Shown here one piece after another: positions 59,327 to 64,000 of a stretch of 64,000 nucleotides of DNA. A model generated the notes under the pieces. The model was given only the letters and a program-made list of their open reading frames with translations. It was not told the origin of the DNA and ran no database searches. The stretch covers positions 96,001-160,000 of the IMG/VR virus record IMGVR_UViG_3300035698_016797; one strand, written 5' to 3'. Source of the DNA: a virus. The translations under genes were made by a program, and so were the position numbers. Each line of letters begins with the position of its first letter. Position 1 is the first letter of the stretch.

Positions 59327-62025
59327 TATCTTTTCCCACATAAATGTTCACACCTAACTCCGCCATGCAATAGAATTTTAAGGTTGCTGTCTCTAATGTC
59401 TCTACACATATTTGAATCCCAACCGTCAAGCCTGCCTTCTCTAAGCTTGGCTTTGAATGGCATACACTTTTTCAGTGCAAAGTTTTCCCATACGGTTAAA
59501 CCTCCTCCAACAAACCCAACTTCAATAATTTCTTCTTTCAAATCTTCAAAGAGAATAGTTTTGTGCCAATAGTCATACGCAGCTGCTGCTGTAACTGCCT
59601 TAGGATTGCCAGCGGAGGGGTATACTGCTGCACATGCACCTATTCTGCCCCAAGGCTTGAATGGCTTCATTAGATCCCATATAGCACCCTTATATGGTAT
59701 TACATCATCCTCACACGTAACTATTAAATCGTCAGTCAAACTCATAATTGCATGATTGTACAATTTGGCAACATGCAGATGTCTTATAAGCTCCATTTCG
59801 TGTGTTCCGGGAACAACCGTACATGGTTTAGATATTCTTGAAATTGTAAGCCTTTCAAACCTGTCTGCAACCTTGTTTTTGCGACACCAATCTGAAATCA
59901 TATTGTGATACTCTTCTGAGTTTGAGTTGTCAACTAGCATCAATGAACATTTTGGAGGAATGTTTTCAGTCATTAGCCAATTTGACCATCGTTCGAAAGG
60001 TTCCATTCTTCCAGCCAGAAGTGTAACAATACAAAAGGTTTTAGCGTTCCACATTGCAATTCTTTCTTTGTCTCCAATTTTTCCAGAAAGACATCTGCCT
60101 TCCTCGTGTCTGCGATATAGATATGCTGGACCGTGAAGCTTTTGACCCTTCCATCCAGCCCTGGTAAGTCTTAGAACAAGATTGTAGTCATCAAGAGTTG
60201 GGGATTCGTCGTCCCATCCGTCTATTTCTTCAAGGGCAGATTTTCTAAAAATGGCAAACGTATCAACATAATTTCCCTTTCTCAATTTCCAAAAGTCATA
60301 CTCTGGAACCTTCCAAAGTTGAGTATGTTTCATTTGAGAATCACAATATTGTATGTTGGAATATAGAAACGAAACATTTCCTTCAACGTGAAATAGCATA
60401 CTCTTTACGTGTGCACAATATCCTTCTGGCATCAAGTTGTCAGCATCCATGTATAAAATCCATGGTGTTTGAGCCTTCTTTATAGCAAGATTTCTTTGTG
60501 GATTAGGCTTTCCCCACTTGCCACCAATTACGGTCCAGTCGGCACGCCTACATAGCCAGTCTGGAACTTCGCAATCATCGAGTGTAATTATTTTTTGCTC
60601 AAACTCATAATCTTGTGAGTCTACACTATCAATAGCATCTTCAAGATAACATAAGTATTTTTCATGACATGTCATCATTAGTGTAATTGGGAGATATTTG
60701 CTATTTGCAAATTGTTCTGCCGGAGAAAGGTATTCATCCCTAAGTTTACCAGCTCTTTTGAAACTGAGAGAACGTATCAATCCTTTGACCTGAACCCTAA
60801 TTTCATCTACCACTCCATCTCCACTCTTCAGGTTTTTAAGCAGAGCGACAGCAGCCTTTCTATCATATATTACTTCAGCATCATCAGATTCTGATATTGA
60901 CGATTCAAGATCTTGGATAAGACGATGTTTCAGAACGTCTTTTAGTTTCAAGTGTGGATGGATGGAAGAACACCATTTAGACAGCTGTATGTTGTCAGAT
61001 ATTGCCGATATGTTTTCACTGTATGACAAGTGATGTCTTTGAACGGCACATAATAAACCAATAACTCTACCTTGGTCCATTTTGTGATTAATCAACGTGT
61101 CTAATGGAATCCTTTGTTCAATTACAGTGTTAGAATCTGAAAAGATTCCTCTTTTAGTAGAGAGTATTGGAGTTCCAGTATATAGACCGAACATTACTCC
61201 ATCTGCACCGTTGGTTAAAATTGCAGAGCTGTTAATAGTTAATTCTGCAAGGTCTGCATCCTCGTATTTCACAAATTGCCATCCCAAAGAATCAAATTGT
61301 GCCTTGTATTTTTTGCCGGTTTTATTCCACCACAATTCGCTGTTAAAATCTGGAACAACAACGACTGGAACGTTGTTGGAATTAATGTCAATTGCTGTAT
61401 TTATAAGAGGCTGAATATTATCTTTGGTCACAACCATTAATATATGACCATCTGGATCATAAGAGTTGAAACTCAGACCATGCTTTTTCATATCAGAATG
61501 TAGGTTTTCAATCTCATCTTTAGATGGTTTGATTGAATATTCTGAATTTACAACAACGGATGATTCTTCGCGAAATCCACACACATCGACAGAAAACGAA
61601 AAACGATTGCCGAGAAATCCGTCTCTAATAAAAAGAATGTTGCTTCCAAGCTTATTATACTCTTTTGCAGAACGTCCAACATCGTACACAATTAAATTAT
61701 CTGTGCCTTTTGCGAGCTTTGGTAAAGCTCTCACGTTGCGTCCAATAACTCCATATTTGGACATGTTAACATTTAACGTATCTAGTGCGTTTTCTATTGT
61801 TTCCCATGTTTTGGATTCAAAAATTCCAGAAGTTAACATAGCAAACGCATACTGTGGTTTGTCTGGAGCTAGTAGATATATTCCTCTGTCTGTTACCATA
61901 AAGCGCGAGTCGCTTCTTAGCAGTTCAACTAGAGAGTCAATATCTTGATTTTCTCCAATACAATTCCTTATACCTTTGTCGTTGAGTTGAAAAACTCTAT
62001 GATCTACAAAAAAATCCTTTTGCAT
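59326..62025 (-). CDS. Multi-domain glycosyltransferase (GT-B/capsule-synthesis-like domain, GT2 domain and a second GT-A-like domain)
   Basis: GT2 motifs QRNLAIKKAQTPWILYMDAD, DDYNLVLRL and LYRRH. Second GT-A region with CEDDVIP and HGGVRCEH. N-terminal INSSAILT...GLYTGTPILS segment. Confidence 0.85.
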   Translation of the reverse strand: MQKDFFVDHRVFQLNDKGIRNCIGENQDIDSLVELLRSDSRFMVTDRGIYLLAPDKPQYAFAMLTSGIFESKTWETIENALDTLNVNMSKYGVIGRNVRALPKLAKGTDNLIVYDVGRSAKEYNKLGSNILFIRDGFLGNRFSFSVDVCGFREESSVVVNSEYSIKPSKDEIENLHSDMKKHGLSFNSYDPDGHILMVVTKDNIQPLINTAIDINSNNVPVVVVPDFNSELWWNKTGKKYKAQFDSLGWQFVKYEDADLAELTINSSAILTNGADGVMFGLYTGTPILSTKRGIFSDSNTVIEQRIPLDTLINHKMDQGRVIGLLCAVQRHHLSYSENISAISDNIQLSKWCSSIHPHLKLKDVLKHRLIQDLESSISESDDAEVIYDRKAAVALLKNLKSGDGVVDEIRVQVKGLIRSLSFKRAGKLRDEYLSPAEQFANSKYLPITLMMTCHEKYLCYLEDAIDSVDSQDYEFEQKIITLDDCEVPDWLCRRADWTVIGGKWGKPNPQRNLAIKKAQTPWILYMDADNLMPEGYCAHVKSMLFHVEGNVSFLYSNIQYCDSQMKHTQLWKVPEYDFWKLRKGNYVDTFAIFRKSALEEIDGWDDESPTLDDYNLVLRLTRAGWKGQKLHGPAYLYRRHEEGRCLSGKIGDKERIAMWNAKTFCIVTLLAGRMEPFERWSNWLMTENIPPKCSLMLVDNSNSEEYHNMISDWCRKNKVADRFERLTISRISKPCTVVPGTHEMELIRHLHVAKLYNHAIMSLTDDLIVTCEDDVIPYKGAIWDLMKPFKPWGRIGACAAVYPSAGNPKAVTAAAAYDYWHKTILFEDLKEEIIEVGFVGGGLTVWENFALKKCMPFKAKLREGRLDGWDSNMCRDIRDSNLKILLHGGVRCEHLCGKR

Positions 62026-62040
62026 CCTTAAACCTTTCTT

Positions 62041-64000
62041 TTATATCGCAACTGTTCCGCTAAAGCTCCCCGTTGTTCCCGATATGTACGTTCTTGTAGA
62101 GCTTGAGTGCCATTGACTTGGCAATTGTCGTCCATCTTCATATGAACAAGGGATGTTATTTAATATATACAATCCTGGTTTTCCTCCCCACGTAATGAGT
62201 GTAAATGTATTACTATGTCTACGCATACCACAAATTCCATGATCATTTACTCCTTCAAGATTTCTCCATTGAGAAGAAAAGAAATGAGTAAAAGATATTC
62301 CAAGATCGGTCTTTCTAAGAATTTCTATATCCCAATTGAATGTTGACACCCCTGCCTCTGGCGTTCCAGAAATGAAAACGTAGTCTCCTGGTGGGGCATA
62401 TACACATCTAGGAACCCAAGTTCCCAATGTTACCTCTTTTAAAATGGTCATGTCGGATAGTCTGACTTTAAACAGTTTAGCAGGACTTCCTTTGCAGACA
62501 AAGTATGCGTGTTCGTTTTCAGAATCAATAGAAAGGCTTGTGATTGGCAAGTTTAACAACTCTCCTTGAAGTGCTGCTGAGGTTATAAAGTTGTGAGCAT
62601 CGTAATATAAAGAGTTTTGATATAAGCGCCCTTCATTAACAAAGAAGTATCCCACAGAGCTGCTGCCACACAATCCTAAATTGAATTCTGAATCATTTCC
62701 AACCGGCACACTGTAGGATAGACCACCAAAACTTGTTCCCAAGGTGTCGGTCATTCTCAAACCGTTTTGATCATAAGACTTGAAAAGCCAAAAGGATGGA
62801 GTAAAACTGTGAGACAGTGCCTCATATTCTAAATTTTTCCAGTCAGTGGTTATTGCAGGAGGAGGCGGTGGAGGAAGAATTGCAACATTACCACCTCCAT
62901 ATATACAACCAGAAGCTAATGCACGAATACCGCTTGGTGAAACCTTGTCTTTGAAAATATAAAGCTCGTCCAAATCTCCTTCAAGTGGATGAGAATACGT
63001 TGCAAGAAAAAGATCTACGTCATATGGTGCAGCTACTCCAACCCCAAAATTATCACCATTCAAAACTAGAAGGCTGCCTTTATCTTGCCAATTTACTAAG
63101 GACTCTCCAAATTTTTGACCATTAATGTAGAATTCGACAGGTTGGCCATCTTGCCATCCAACATAGTAATGAGTCCACCCACTTGGAACGGCTATCTCGG
63201 GAGATGAACATATCACGTCCACATCGAGGTAAGATCTATTAAACAAATTTATAACTCCATCTTTAAATGCCAGTCCATATATTGCTATTTCTCCAGCACT
63301 CGATCCTGCAAACCACTCTTGATGTCCACCAAAAATACCCTCATCTGGACTTCTTGCCCAAAATGAACAAGATCCTATATCCATGGGAAACGAACCATAA
63401 GTTCCTGCATATCCCACAATGCTATCGGCAAGTATGGACCATGAAGGAGTTCCAACATAATATCCGTCAGCATTTCCGGTAAAACATGAATCTCTAAAAC
63501 TAACCGTAGACTCTCTAATTCCAGAAGCTGCAACCGCAATACTGCCACGAGGTGAAAAATCTTGATGAGTAACCCACTCGTGTTCTGGACCATACTCATC
63601 TGTTCCGTCATCAGAAGCTGCAAAGAAAAAAGCTGTCCACATATTTTCAAAGTCAAATGTTGGTACAATTGGAATTGGCCATTCGTTTTCGTTTCCGCTT
63701 GCAGGTGGTGGAGTATATGGTTTTAAGTCAATCGTTGCACTATTTGTCCCAAGCTTACCATCAATTTCATCTACTACGACTGCACCTTCTGAGTTTAGTA
63801 CAAAATGTTGAGATCCAAATCCTGTCCACGTAATGGTAAACTCCACTTCTCCAACCTGAACTGCTAACTGCTCTCCGTAGGTGGTGAATGTGTGTTCGCT
63901 ATCCCCTCCTACATCAAAAACAAAATATCCCCCAACCGTTCCTACTGTAAAGGATTCTCCAGCAATAACCACGGTTGCGGTCTCACCTTCTTCTCCAATA
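62041..64000 (-). CDS. LamG/ConA-like domain virion protein, 5'-truncated by the window edge
   Basis: SCSFWAR...THYYVGW...FYING...GDLDELYIF is a LamG signature. The frame stays open from 63972 to the window end (IGEEGETAT), so the real start lies outside the window. Confidence 0.75.
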   Translation of the reverse strand, partial: IGEEGETATVVIAGESFTVGTVGGYFVFDVGGDSEHTFTTYGEQLAVQVGEVEFTITWTGFGSQHFVLNSEGAVVVDEIDGKLGTNSATIDLKPYTPPPASGNENEWPIPIVPTFDFENMWTAFFFAASDDGTDEYGPEHEWVTHQDFSPRGSIAVAASGIRESTVSFRDSCFTGNADGYYVGTPSWSILADSIVGYAGTYGSFPMDIGSCSFWARSPDEGIFGGHQEWFAGSSAGEIAIYGLAFKDGVINLFNRSYLDVDVICSSPEIAVPSGWTHYYVGWQDGQPVEFYINGQKFGESLVNWQDKGSLLVLNGDNFGVGVAAPYDVDLFLATYSHPLEGDLDELYIFKDKVSPSGIRALASGCIYGGGNVAILPPPPPPAITTDWKNLEYEALSHSFTPSFWLFKSYDQNGLRMTDTLGTSFGGLSYSVPVGNDSEFNLGLCGSSSVGYFFVNEGRLYQNSLYYDAHNFITSAALQGELLNLPITSLSIDSENEHAYFVCKGSPAKLFKVRLSDMTILKEVTLGTWVPRCVYAPPGDYVFISGTPEAGVSTFNWDIEILRKTDLGISFTHFFSSQWRNLEGVNDHGICGMRRHSNTFTLITWGGKPGLYILNNIPCSYEDGRQLPSQWHSSSTRTYISGTTGSFSGTVAI

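Noticed and set aside
1-64000. Stop-codon reassignment, as seen in some huge phages
   Set aside because: Code 11 gives full-length, abutting genes of up to 5506 aa, and TAA and TAG both act as true stops.
1-64000. CRISPR array, tRNA genes, DGR template/variable repeats, IS elements
   Set aside because: There is almost no non-coding space; I saw no spaced repeat arrays, cloverleafs, reverse transcriptase or transposase.

Overview
The window is the virion morphogenesis region of a large tailed dsDNA phage, read in standard code 11. It is about fully coding, and every gene except the left-edge ORF is on the minus strand. Transcription order (right to left): LamG-domain protein (open at the window edge), 899-aa multi-domain glycosyltransferase, radical SAM protein, repeat-rich fibre-like protein, TerL, portal, small ORF, prohead protease, scaffold, decoration protein, HK97-type major capsid protein, zinc-finger protein, holin-like protein, head-tail joining genes, tail terminator, tail tube, two paralogous tail chaperones, a 5506-aa tape measure protein, tail-tip genes, four large tail/fibre proteins and a subtilisin-like protease. 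I see no sheath gene, so the morphology is probably sipho-like. The strongest unexplained signal is a [Pro/Ala]-Ser-Gly tripeptide. By manual count it occurs about 83 times in about 10,250 aa of predicted surface-exposed virion proteins, but only about 5 times in about 9,700 aa of internal or non-structural proteins. A phage glycosyltransferase sits in the same gene block, so this is a candidate virion-wide Ser O-glycosylation system with its own sequon (inference). All product calls come from motif recognition by eye; no database searches were run.
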